64,000 nucleotides of DNA from an uncultured delta proteobacterium. Lineage in GTDB: Bacteria > Desulfobacterota > Binatia > UBA9968. The translations under genes and the position numbers were made by a program. Under the pieces are notes generated by a model. The model did not search any database and had not been told where the DNA came from. It saw only the letters and a program-made list of their open reading frames with translations. This document shows positions 29,831-39,532 of this stretch, piece by piece. The stretch is taken from NCBI GenBank assembly GCA_963728565.1, contig CAVSLC010000018.1:64001-128000 (forward strand). The letters are read 5' to 3'. Position 1 is the first letter of the stretch. Each line of letters begins with the position of its first letter.

Positions 29831-30379
29831 ATGAAAAAGCTAGTGATGATCACGGTAATGGCAATAACCATGATCGCAAGCGTGAGCAGAGGCATGGTCA
29901 GTGCAGATGATGGAAAAAAAGTAGCTATCAAGGGACTCGAAACCTTCGAGACTAACGCCCTCTTTCTAAGCAATCTAAGATTTGCCCCGGAAACCATCAA
30001 GGTAGAGAAGGGAGACACGGTGACCTGGAAGGATGATGCTTTGACTTCAGTGCCCCACACCATCACCATCTTTGACCCCACAGTCCTGCCCGTTGACTTT
30101 GCCACAGCCTACATCTGTAACTGGGATAAGAGAATCCTCGGCGTTGACGGCCCTTGCTTGGAGTTTATGGACGCCCACGGAGGGATACCTCCTACAATGC
30201 CGGTGGTTAGCGCCGGGCGCAACGGACTCGACGTTGCCGGCGACTCAATCTTTCTGCCACCGAATGGCTCCGTCAGTGCTCAGGTTGCGGCCGCTCCCGG
30301 CACCACACTCCACTATATTTGTATCATCCATCCGTGGATGCAGGGTTCGATTACGATAGAGGACAAGAGACGGGAGTAA
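29831..30379 (+). CDS. Secreted cupredoxin (plastocyanin/azurin-like type 1 copper protein)
   Basis: FAPETIKVEKGDTVTW, PHTIT and YICIIHPWMQG supply His/Cys/His/Met ligands; RBS AAGGAGG. Confidence 0.88.
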   Translation: MKKLVMITVMAITMIASVSRGMVSADDGKKVAIKGLETFETNALFLSNLRFAPETIKVEKGDTVTWKDDALTSVPHTITIFDPTVLPVDFATAYICNWDKRILGVDGPCLEFMDAHGGIPPTMPVVSAGRNGLDVAGDSIFLPPNGSVSAQVAAAPGTTLHYICIIHPWMQGSITIEDKRRE

Positions 30380-30687
30380 TAGACAAGCCCAAGCAGGGCA
30401 ACGGCGAAGCGGCTGGTATCGGCCTGCAGCGATACGCGCCGCTGGGCTTATCACAGGCAGGAGCCGTTTGACAGCGAAGTTCGCGGTCGGATAGGCTCTA
30501 GACCAATCCAACAACCTCGCTTCTCCACTCATCGCGATTAGCCAAAATGACAGTTCTCTTCGCCTAGATTTAGGAGAACTTTGATGAGATCGCTCCAGTC
30601 ATTAAGAATAGCAATTTGCAAGCGCCGACTGAGCAACTGGTAAGTGGCGAAGGCCAAAGTCGCTAGCGCACGTTAGATGGAGGTAAC

Positions 30688-31665
30688 GTGCTTAGAAGGA
30701 CGTCTGCTTTTACGCTGGGGTTTTTATTTCTACAGACTTTCTACCCGGCTCACGCGCAGCAGCCAACAAAGATTGCTCGGATAGGCTATCTGAACCCCGG
30801 GGATCCGGTGAGCAGAGCTTATCGCACCGAGGCATTCAGGCAAGGACTGAAAGAGCTCGGCTACATCGAGGGGAAAAACATTATTATCGAGTACCGGTTT
30901 GCAGACGCCAGGCCGGAACGGTTACCCGAATTAGCGCGGGAGTTCGTGGATCTCAAGGTCGACATCATCTTTGCAGGGAGCGGGCCAGCAACGGAGGCCG
31001 CTAAAAACGCGACACAAATTATTCCGATAGTCACAAGCAATCAAGACCCGGTTTCGTTGGGATTTGTCAACGGCTTATCGCGATCGGGCGGGAACGTTAC
31101 TGGACTGACCAACCTCACCTCCGAGCTGGGCGGCAAACGGCTGGAGCTGCTCAAGGAGGCGATTCCACAGCTCTCCCGAATCGCCGTCGTTTGGACTCCC
31201 AGTACTCCCACGTCCATAACCTGGAGAAGAATTGAGGTTGCGGCTAGATCCCTCGGGGTGCAACTCCAGGCAGCGGAGGTAAGAAAGCGAGACGATTTAG
31301 AGCCCGCACTAGCAGCGCTAAAAGAATACCGTCCTGAGGCCCTGTTCATGATACGAAGTCCCATCGTTAATGACCTGACAAAACGGATCGTGAACTTGGC
31401 GGGCAAGAGTCAGCTCCCGTCCATCTACGATGAAAAGAGATTTCCAGAGCTCGGTGGCCTCATGAGTTATGGAACCGATCTGGCTGGTGTAGACCGGCGC
31501 GCGGCAGTCTACATTGATAAGATCCTCAAGGGAGCCAAGCCGGCGGAGCTCCCGATTGAACGGCCGACGAAGTTCGAGCTGGTGATCAACCTCAGGACTG
31601 CCAAACTATTGGGATTGAAAATTCCTGCGCACCTGCTCATGGAGTCAGCCGCGGTGATTGAGTGA
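30688..31665 (+). CDS. ABC_sub_bind-type periplasmic binding protein with no permease nearby
   Basis: AHAQQPTKIARIGYL, LGYIEGKNIIIEYR, KRLELLKE, GGLMSYG, ILKGAKPAELPIERPTKFELVINL. Confidence 0.9.
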   Translation: MLRRTSAFTLGFLFLQTFYPAHAQQPTKIARIGYLNPGDPVSRAYRTEAFRQGLKELGYIEGKNIIIEYRFADARPERLPELAREFVDLKVDIIFAGSGPATEAAKNATQIIPIVTSNQDPVSLGFVNGLSRSGGNVTGLTNLTSELGGKRLELLKEAIPQLSRIAVVWTPSTPTSITWRRIEVAARSLGVQLQAAEVRKRDDLEPALAALKEYRPEALFMIRSPIVNDLTKRIVNLAGKSQLPSIYDEKRFPELGGLMSYGTDLAGVDRRAAVYIDKILKGAKPAELPIERPTKFELVINLRTAKLLGLKIPAHLLMESAAVIE

Positions 31666-31821
31666 GTCGATTTTGGATTTTCGGCTGCAAACTCTTCAGC
31701 ACGCTTTTTGGACTTTGGTTGGGGAGAAGGCGAGCAATATTCGCGGATCAATGTCGTTTTGAATAGAAGGTTTTATGAACTACTCGGTTAGCGCTTCGGT
31801 GAAAGCAGTCAGCGGGCGAGT

Positions 31822-33768
31822 ATGGCTGCACGAATTCAAAAGCTAACGTCGACAATCCAAATCAGCCAGGGTAGGCGGAAGCGCGGCCGTCTTGTTCGCC
31901 ACTACTTCCTGATCTCCCTGGTTCTGATCAGCGGCGGGCTTATCACTAGCGGAGTCAGCGAACTTTATTTCCGTTATCGCGAGAGTGCGGCAGATCTTGT
32001 AAGGCTTCAACAGGAAATTACTTTAGGGGCTGCCTGGAAGATCGAGCAGTTTGTCGAAGAGATCGAGCGCACTACGAGGGGAGCCACCAAAAGCCGTGAA
32101 ATCACGGAAAAAGGATTCTCACCAGATTATCAGTTCGAGTTGAGGCGGCTCCTCGTTATCGCGCCCGCCATCAGTGAAGCGGTGGCCATCGACAGCAATG
32201 GAGTGTCTCGAGTCACCGCCTCGCGGTTTCCGCGTGTTTTACCTGGAGGCACGACAACGGACACCGTCCTGCCGGCGCTTCGGGTAGTCAAAGAAGGTAA
32301 GTCCTATTTCAGCTCCGTCTATTTTCACCGCGACTCCGAGCCTTACATGACGATTGCCGTCCCCATCGAGCGATACGCGGGACGGTTGATCGGCGCGCTG
32401 CAAGTCCAAGTCAATCTAAAATACGTTTGGGAGCTGCTATCGAAGTTGAGAGTCGGAGCCAAAGGCTACGCTTATGCCGTAGCGCATAATGGCGATCTGA
32501 TCGCGCACCCAGACATTAGCCTCGTCTTGCAGCGTCGCAACGTGAGCCATCTCGAGCAAGTGCGCAGCGCGTTGCGACGCGCCGGTGATGCCGAACGCGC
32601 AACATGGATTGTAGCGAATAATCTCGTCGGTCAACGGGTTTTCAGCGCCTGGGCGGCGGTGCCCACACTTGGTGCCATGGTGTATGTCGAGCGGCCGGTC
32701 GAAGAAGTCTATGGGCCGCTGTACACATCATTGATCAGGACGTCAGGACTGCTGCTGGTCGGCCTTTGCATGTCGCTCGTTGCCGCGTTGTTTGTTGCCC
32801 GACGTGTGGTCCGGCCGTTAGAGACATTGCGCGACGGGGTCGAACGGATCGGCAGCGGCGACATGAATCAACGTATTGAGCTGAAAACCGGAGATGAAAT
32901 TGAAGTGCTTGCAGAAGAGTTCAACAAGATGACCGAGAATTTGCGCGAAGCTTACAGTGGTCTGGAGAAAAAGGTCCAACAGAGAACCCATGAGCTTGCT
33001 CTCGCTAACGAGAGATTGAAAGAGTTGGACCGGCTGAAGTCGGACTTCGTTTCCAATGTCTCCCATGAGCTGAGGACCCCACTCACCGCAATCAAAGGAG
33101 CGGTTGATCTTGTCCTGCGCGAGGTGACGGGTCCGCTTACGGAAAAGCAGATCCATTATCTGACTCGGGTGAGGTCGAATACGCAACAGCTCGCCGGAAT
33201 GATCAACGATGTTTTGGATCTGGCAAAAATCGAGGAGGGCAAGATTGAACTCAGGCCCGTGCGCATTTCACTTGCGGGGCTGATGCACGAAGTAGTAGAT
33301 ACCCTACGCCCGGTGGCTGCAGAGAAGAGTATTGTCATTGACGCCGGCGCTCTAGAGCCGTCAATCCTCGTTTGGGCCGATCGAGATAAGGTTAACCAGA
33401 TGCTAACGAACCTCATTGGCAACGCCATCAAGTTTACACCGCCTCTAGGCAGAGTGACCGTTGCCTCAACAAGTGGTCCTGAATGGGTCAAGGTCTCCAT
33501 TTCCGATACCGGGCCCGGCGTTCCGTTGAATGAACGCACCAGGATTTTTGAGAAGTTTTACCAAGCCGGTGACGGAGGACGGAAACCCAGAGGAACAGGA
33601 CTTGGTCTCACCATAACGAAGACGCTTGTTGAATTGCATGGCGGAGAGATTTGGGTCGATTCCGAGGCAGGGTGTGGCAGCAGTTTTCATTTTAGCTTGC
33701 CAATCGCACCGCCGGGAGAAACTAAATCGCCGGCGCGTCGTGAGATGAAGGTGATTCATCACGCATGA
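31822..33768 (+). CDS. Sensor histidine kinase (TM-Cache-TM-HAMP-HisKA-HATPase)
   Basis: YFSSVY/IAHPD Cache motifs, GDEIEVLAEEFN HAMP, SHELRTPL, GNAIKFT, DTGPG, GTGLGL. Confidence 0.93.
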   Translation: MAARIQKLTSTIQISQGRRKRGRLVRHYFLISLVLISGGLITSGVSELYFRYRESAADLVRLQQEITLGAAWKIEQFVEEIERTTRGATKSREITEKGFSPDYQFELRRLLVIAPAISEAVAIDSNGVSRVTASRFPRVLPGGTTTDTVLPALRVVKEGKSYFSSVYFHRDSEPYMTIAVPIERYAGRLIGALQVQVNLKYVWELLSKLRVGAKGYAYAVAHNGDLIAHPDISLVLQRRNVSHLEQVRSALRRAGDAERATWIVANNLVGQRVFSAWAAVPTLGAMVYVERPVEEVYGPLYTSLIRTSGLLLVGLCMSLVAALFVARRVVRPLETLRDGVERIGSGDMNQRIELKTGDEIEVLAEEFNKMTENLREAYSGLEKKVQQRTHELALANERLKELDRLKSDFVSNVSHELRTPLTAIKGAVDLVLREVTGPLTEKQIHYLTRVRSNTQQLAGMINDVLDLAKIEEGKIELRPVRISLAGLMHEVVDTLRPVAAEKSIVIDAGALEPSILVWADRDKVNQMLTNLIGNAIKFTPPLGRVTVASTSGPEWVKVSISDTGPGVPLNERTRIFEKFYQAGDGGRKPRGTGLGLTITKTLVELHGGEIWVDSEAGCGSSFHFSLPIAPPGETKSPARREMKVIHHA

Positions 33769-35117
33769 AACGTCTTAGCGCAATCGCGCTTGTCGCCGAC
33801 GACGATAATGATATTCGAGATATCTTAAAGGATACACTGACGAGCGTCGGCGCGAAGGTCATTACTGTAGCAAACGGGGAAGAGTGTTTAGAGCGCATCG
33901 AAGCCGACGTTCCGGATGTGCTTCTGCTCGATATCGAGATGCCGGGGAAGAACGGACTCGAGGTCCTGAAGGAACTGCGCCGGCGGCAGTCTGATACGAC
34001 CGTCATCATGATCACTGCATACGGTTCGATCGATCGCGCCGTTGAGGCAATGAAAGAAGGAGCTTTTGATTTTATCACCAAGCCTTTCGATCTCGACCAC
34101 ATCGTAATGGTGGTGGAAAAGGCTGTGGAGCAGCAACGGCTCAAGCGAGGGCTGGACAATTTTACGAGAGAGGCGGGCGAGCGCTACCGTCTAATCGGCG
34201 GCGAAAGCACACCGATGCGGCTCGCCATCGAAACCGCCAGGAAGGCGGCGAACAGCAAATCGACGGTCTTGCTGTTAGGCGAGAGCGGCACGGGGAAAGA
34301 GGTGTTTGCCCGGGCGATTCATCGGTGGAGCGAGCGCAAAGACGAACCGTTCATCGCTATCAATTGCGTAGGTCTGGGAAAAGATCTGCTCGAAAGTGAA
34401 CTCTTCGGTCATGAAAAGGGCGCATTCACAGGTGCGCATCAGCTCAAAAAAGGCAAGTTGGAGTTAGCGCATGGCGGCACAGTATTTCTCGATGAGGTTG
34501 GCGACATATCGCAAGAGCTGCAAACCAAATTGTTGAGATGTCTCCAAGAAAGGGAGTTCGAACGCGTGGGAGGGACGCAGTCGATTGCCGTGGATGTCCG
34601 GGTGATCGCAGCTACCAATCGTGACCTCTCGACTGCGATCAAACAAGGACGATTCCGTGAGGATCTGTACTATCGTCTTAACGTTATTCCCATCTTGCTG
34701 CCGCCGTTAAGAGAGCGCCGAGAAGATATACCTGTTCTTGCTAGATATTTTTTGCAGCGATTTGCCGCGGAAACGAAGAAGAACTTTGCCGGAATCACAG
34801 CGGAGACCGAAGCAAGGTTAATCGCGTACGCATGGCCGGGCAACGTTCGTGAGCTGGCAAACGTGATTGAGCGAGCAGCCGTACTCGCCCAAGGATCCGA
34901 ATTCACTCTCGAAGATCTGTCGCCGCGTGTCGCTTACCCGAGAGAGCAAGGAGCTTCCGACAGCTTGTCCTATCGGGCAGCCATGGATGCTGCCCGAGCA
35001 ACTGTCATTAGGCGCGCTCTGGCAATCACTCATGGAAACCGCGCGGCCGCGGCAAGAACCCTCGGCCTGCACAAAACTCATCTTTTAAATCTAATGAAAA
35101 CGCTGAGTATCAAGTAA
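33765..35117 (+). CDS. NtrC-family sigma-54-dependent response regulator
   Basis: Receiver (DDD, LLDIEMPG), GESGTGKE, GAFTGA, WPGNVREL, C-terminal HTH; 4-bp overlap with the kinase. Confidence 0.95.
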   Translation: MKRLSAIALVADDDNDIRDILKDTLTSVGAKVITVANGEECLERIEADVPDVLLLDIEMPGKNGLEVLKELRRRQSDTTVIMITAYGSIDRAVEAMKEGAFDFITKPFDLDHIVMVVEKAVEQQRLKRGLDNFTREAGERYRLIGGESTPMRLAIETARKAANSKSTVLLLGESGTGKEVFARAIHRWSERKDEPFIAINCVGLGKDLLESELFGHEKGAFTGAHQLKKGKLELAHGGTVFLDEVGDISQELQTKLLRCLQEREFERVGGTQSIAVDVRVIAATNRDLSTAIKQGRFREDLYYRLNVIPILLPPLRERREDIPVLARYFLQRFAAETKKNFAGITAETEARLIAYAWPGNVRELANVIERAAVLAQGSEFTLEDLSPRVAYPREQGASDSLSYRAAMDAARATVIRRALAITHGNRAAAARTLGLHKTHLLNLMKTLSIK

Positions 35118-35143
35118 AGATGAGCGTCGATTCCGGTGTTTGA

Positions 35144-36019
35144 CTACAAACGGAGAAAATCGCTTATCGTCTGGGCTAATGCTTCAGGATTGTCTTGATG
35201 CACCATATGGCCGGCATTTTCGATGACGACGTGACGCCGATTTGAAATCGCTTCGAAACGTTTTTGTTTATCGGTGCGCTTGGTTTGATGGCTCTCTTTG
35301 CCTTCAATTGTAAGCGTCGGACATTCTATGCGGCGCAGGAACTCAATAGACTGCTCCGTGTAGAAGGGCTGCGGCGCGGTGGTGCGATGCAGCGGATCGA
35401 ATTTCCAAACCCATTTGCCGCTAGTGTTTTGCCTCATTCCGGTTTGGGCCAACTCGAAGGCAAACTCGCTTTTCAACCGGGAATTATTCTGCTGTAACTG
35501 CCCGGCTCCGGCCTCTATGCTGGGGTACTGCCGAAAGTGATTTCGTCCTCTTCCCCCGACCTCGGAGATCCATTTCTCCATCCGGGGCGGCGCGTCTGAG
35601 AACCTTGATCCCGGAGGTCCCACGCCTTCGATCAGCACCAAACTGGCTACTCGTTGTGGGAATGTACCGGTGTAAAGAAACGATATTGTTCCGCCCATGG
35701 AATGACCGATGAGTGCGAGCCGTGACGGGCCGAGACTTTGAATCAGACAGTGGAGATCGAAAACATAGTCCGGAAAATGATAATAGCCGCCGGCGCCGAC
35801 CCAGCCGCTGTCGCCGTGACCCCGACAGTCGGGTGCGACAATCCACAACGGCTTTTTACTTTTGCTTTGAAGAGATGTTACAAACGGGCGCCAGCTATGG
35901 GCATGATCCAAAAAACCATGCACAAGAAGCAATAATTCGTCTGCCGGTTCGCCCCACTCAAGATGATGAATAGCCAAACCCGCTGCGTCGATGCTTTTCT
36001 CGCGATGCCCGGGTATCAA
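35144..36019 (-). CDS. Alpha/beta fold hydrolase
   Basis: VHGFLD, DCRGHGDS, GHSMGG, AGHMVH. Confidence 0.92.
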   Translation of the reverse strand: MIPGHREKSIDAAGLAIHHLEWGEPADELLLLVHGFLDHAHSWRPFVTSLQSKSKKPLWIVAPDCRGHGDSGWVGAGGYYHFPDYVFDLHCLIQSLGPSRLALIGHSMGGTISFLYTGTFPQRVASLVLIEGVGPPGSRFSDAPPRMEKWISEVGGRGRNHFRQYPSIEAGAGQLQQNNSRLKSEFAFELAQTGMRQNTSGKWVWKFDPLHRTTAPQPFYTEQSIEFLRRIECPTLTIEGKESHQTKRTDKQKRFEAISNRRHVVIENAGHMVHQDNPEALAQTISDFLRL

Positions 36020-36103
36020 GCTAATCTCATTTCTTATGTCGCATATCGTTGAAGCGACGAGGCTTTTGAAGCGGTAATAGTAAGTTGATATCTCCGCTGC
36101 GCG

Positions 36104-36589
36104 CTAAGAATTTGCGGAGGCGTTCTCTACGCTAACCTCGATAAAATCTTTGTCGTTCTCCGACCAGATATAAGCACGGATATCTTTAATTTCCCGATGA
36201 TAGAGAGATATGACGATCTGGGCGGTTTCAGGAAAAATTGGTTCCCCGAAAGGGCTGGCGAAGGCTTTGTCCTCTTCGGAGAAGTACGCGTTGTGATCGG
36301 GGTGAGAGTGATAGAAGGCTTTGAGTTTGGCGCCGTTCAATGCGGCGTTGTCGATGATCCTTTCCAATTCCTTCGGATCCACGGCGTAGGCAATGGCTGC
36401 GGTTCTTGGGTAAGTCTGCGGATCGAGGGCATGGAGCTGGTTCTGAATATTATTCAGGCGCTGGACGTAGTCGGCCGTGCCGTCGGTCAGAATGATTCCG
36501 CAGCATTCCTCAGGAAACGTTTCCTCGGCGTGTTTGCAGATAGCTTTCGATGCTTCCTGTGAGAGCACCAACGACCGGCGTGTATTCAT
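36104..36589 (-). CDS. M67/JAB (Mov34/MPN) metallopeptidase
   Basis: PEECCG and FYHSHPDHNAYFSEED JAMM motif. Confidence 0.9.
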   Translation of the reverse strand: MNTRRSLVLSQEASKAICKHAEETFPEECCGIILTDGTADYVQRLNNIQNQLHALDPQTYPRTAAIAYAVDPKELERIIDNAALNGAKLKAFYHSHPDHNAYFSEEDKAFASPFGEPIFPETAQIVISLYHREIKDIRAYIWSENDKDFIEVSVENASANS

Positions 36590-36665
36590 GTTCGCGCACC
36601 TGATCTTCTCTCATTAACACAAGAATGGCGGGGGTTGCCAACATAAACGATGGCGCGGTTCGTTC

Positions 36666-37361
36666 TCAGAACGTGAGCGGCTTGATCTTCTTGAATTTTT
36701 GATGCGCTGCGAGGACTGCGTTTGCGTATTCGTCGGTGTATTCGATCTGGTTTTCCATACGGCTTCGAAGTTCGGTAGGTCCAAGATTATAGGCGATTAG
36801 AGCTTTACTCACATTCTGAAAGCTTTTTCGGAGATCGTGCAAATAGTAAGTGCCAAGCTTGATGTTGACAATGGGATTATCAAGATGCTCGGGCGTGAAT
36901 TGCTCCGCTTTGATCTCTTCGGCCAGTTCGTGCACTCTTCTGACAAGAAACTTTCCCGTCGCCGGCATGATCTGCATGATCCCTCTGGCGCCGGCGGGAG
37001 AAATCGCGCCAAATTGAAATTTGCTTTCAACGTCGATCACGGCCAGGATCAGTATCGGGTCCAGTTTATATTTGGAACTTTCCTTGAGAATGACTTCTGA
37101 CAACTCCCATGCTTCCCGTTCGAAAATATCAGGCCGATTCGCCTCAATGATGGAAAAAATTTTCACGAGCTCCCGCGAGCGCGGCTTTTCGCCAGTTCCA
37201 GCTTGTAGGGCTAGAATCGGCTCTATTGCTTGGTAGTGCTGCGGTATGTATCCGGTGGCGACGAGTCCTGGCAGCAACAAGATGACGATCAGCGCGACCT
37301 TCAAGCAGTTCGTCGTCCAACACAAAGTATGAGTGGGCGTTTTCTTGGGACGTTTCTCCAT
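36666..37361 (-). CDS. Lytic transglycosylase (SLT domain) protein
   Basis: AVIDVES, SPAGARGIMQIMP, AYNLGP; N-terminal TM. Confidence 0.9.
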   Translation of the reverse strand: MEKRPKKTPTHTLCWTTNCLKVALIVILLLPGLVATGYIPQHYQAIEPILALQAGTGEKPRSRELVKIFSIIEANRPDIFEREAWELSEVILKESSKYKLDPILILAVIDVESKFQFGAISPAGARGIMQIMPATGKFLVRRVHELAEEIKAEQFTPEHLDNPIVNIKLGTYYLHDLRKSFQNVSKALIAYNLGPTELRSRMENQIEYTDEYANAVLAAHQKFKKIKPLTF

Positions 37362-37569
37362 ACTTAGACCTCAGTGGATTTCTATTAGTGGTGGATCTGC
37401 GGGAGCGAAGATACAAAAGCTATGAGTTAGGTAGCAAAGGAGCTGATTTTTGTCAACGTAAATTTCGTGTTTTTGCATTCACGAGGAGCATCGATGGCAT
37501 TGCCGAGAGTTGATTTTATTTTCTTGAACTCAGAATTTCGCTAAACGCGTCTTTTTTATTTCTCGGCGT

Positions 37570-37606
37570 AAAAAAACAAAGGGCAGGGGAAAATCCTGCC
37601 CTTTGT
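37570..37606 (-). terminator. Intrinsic terminator of the UbiD gene
   Basis: ACAAAGGGCAGG / CCTGCCCTTTGT 12-bp stem followed by a T run on the minus strand. Confidence 0.8.
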
Positions 37607-37632
37607 ACTCGAACCCTGAGTTTGTGTGGAAA

Positions 37633-39207
37633 CTATCTACCGGTGCGCGCCAATGAGTGTACCCAACCCTGCATCCGCGCCTTGGCGTTTTGAATATCTT
37701 TTTCGCTGAACCATTTCTTAAGATCTATTTTGCCGACAGGATAAACTGGGCGCATGAAATCGTTCTCGTAGCCGAAAGGAACGGTGGCGTCGATGCCCAT
37801 GCCACCCTCGAACATCGTATTTGACGCGGTCCATTCCCGCTCGCCGGCAGTCATCCTCTCGGCCGGCATGAAGGTCTGGCCGCGGCCGCCTGGCAACGGA
37901 TTGATAATGTCGGTCTTCGGGTTGACCCGAGTTGTCAGACACCACATCACGTCATCCATGTCATAGGGATCGGTGTCTTCGCTGACGGCAATGACGAGCC
38001 GAGATCCCTGCGAGGTCGCGAGAATAGCTGCCATGAAGTTGCGCTGCCAGCCTTCCTCGATCTTGTTGCGCTTCTTAACTTGAATAATCGCGCCGCCCCA
38101 ATCGGTCATGCAGTAGGGAATGTTGACGTCCATGATGATGCCCGGCTGCATCCGTTCGCATAGCTCGAACATGGCCGCTTCACGTACGGTGGTGTCGATG
38201 TTGTGGTCATCGAGAGTGTGTACGCCCAGCGGGAAGATGATCGGCTTGCTTTCACGTTTGCGCGTGGTGACAGCGGTGACGTGAAAAGTCGGCGCCTTAT
38301 AAGCTTTGCCCATATAGCCGGCCCATTCCGGGTGGAAGTGGTAGCGGCCTTGTATGCCGGCCTTTTCGGACTCCGCGGTCTCGAACCGTCGGTCTCTCGG
38401 GTTGATATAACCTTCGAGAACAACTTCAGCATCGGCAACGGCCAATGCGTCCACGGTGCGGGCTTTGACCAGCCGGACCGGAAAGCCCTGCACGGCTCCG
38501 GCCATACCGATTTCATCGCAGCCCTGGGGCAAAATCACGTAATCAAAACCTGAGCCTGCCAGCAGGCTCGATGATGGGGGCAAGCCAAAGTTCATCGTGA
38601 TCGGCACAAGCTTGTTGTCTTTGTAGTACTTGGTAACGACTTGCCAACTATGTGACCCGGGAGAAATTTGGAAAGTGCCAACATTTCCCCAGCGGAAGTT
38701 CATGCGGTTATAACCGATGTGTGATCCACCATCGAAGTACTCACCCGAGATCAAGCCGTTGCCGGAACCAACGGTCAGCTCGGGCTCGATATCCGTGTGA
38801 CGGATCGGAACGACAAACTCGTTGGCGTCAGCAGGTTTCTCATAGACTTCTTCTTGGACCGGCGCATCCTTCTGATCGATGATTATCGGCGGAATCGGAT
38901 GGGTCAGAGCGTAAGCTAACTTTCTTGTGCGGTCAGCGTGATCTTTCCAGCCGAACAGCTTGCCGATGACGTTCATGTCGCCAAAAAGATTGGTGATGCA
39001 GCGATGGTGCGGCTTTCCTTTGATGTTGTTGAAAAGAATCGGGCAACCACCGTCCAATTGTTTCTGAATTCCGGTGATCTCCAGGTCGGGGTCGACCTCT
39101 TTGTCGGTCACGATGATGTCGCCGTTTTTCTTCATCCACTCTATAGCGGTCCGTAAATCCTTGACGGACTCGACCGGAGCGCTGTCTCGTTTTTCAGCCT
39201 TAGCCAT
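37633..39207 (-). CDS. UbiD-family prFMN-dependent decarboxylase, phthaloyl-CoA decarboxylase-like
   Basis: 524 aa; DLRTAIEW, EVDPDLEI, GYNR, AEVVLEG, PEWAGY, DVMWCLTTRV, GIDATVP; subfamily assignment from recalled similarity. Confidence 0.85.
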   Translation of the reverse strand: MAKAEKRDSAPVESVKDLRTAIEWMKKNGDIIVTDKEVDPDLEITGIQKQLDGGCPILFNNIKGKPHHRCITNLFGDMNVIGKLFGWKDHADRTRKLAYALTHPIPPIIIDQKDAPVQEEVYEKPADANEFVVPIRHTDIEPELTVGSGNGLISGEYFDGGSHIGYNRMNFRWGNVGTFQISPGSHSWQVVTKYYKDNKLVPITMNFGLPPSSSLLAGSGFDYVILPQGCDEIGMAGAVQGFPVRLVKARTVDALAVADAEVVLEGYINPRDRRFETAESEKAGIQGRYHFHPEWAGYMGKAYKAPTFHVTAVTTRKRESKPIIFPLGVHTLDDHNIDTTVREAAMFELCERMQPGIIMDVNIPYCMTDWGGAIIQVKKRNKIEEGWQRNFMAAILATSQGSRLVIAVSEDTDPYDMDDVMWCLTTRVNPKTDIINPLPGGRGQTFMPAERMTAGEREWTASNTMFEGGMGIDATVPFGYENDFMRPVYPVGKIDLKKWFSEKDIQNAKARMQGWVHSLARTGR

Positions 39208-39532
39208 TGCGTTCCTCCAGAATAATTTATCTACCTGACTATATATGGTTAATAGTTAGCACAGTATGGATACGGACAGTAAGTACCAGCCATTTCTTAA
39301 AATCGATGCCCGAATCTAGACCATGAGAGCTAAATGCGTGGAAGATCTTTTGATTGGGGTTATCTGACATCGATCGAAAAGTCAACGAAACCAGCACCGC
39401 GCAACGCTTCTATTTACGTATGTTTTTACCGGCTTATTTAGCGCTCCTGATAAGCAATCAACCCTTTACAGTCTTTGAAGGGCTTGCTATCACTGCGGAT
39501 TGTTTCCGTAGGAGTTCGTCCGGGAGAAAATA

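Noticed and set aside
30382-30453. Imperfect hairpin with attC-like CGCCGCTGGGCTT
   Set aside because: Lacks proper RYYYAAC/GTTRRRY ends; no integrase or cassette array
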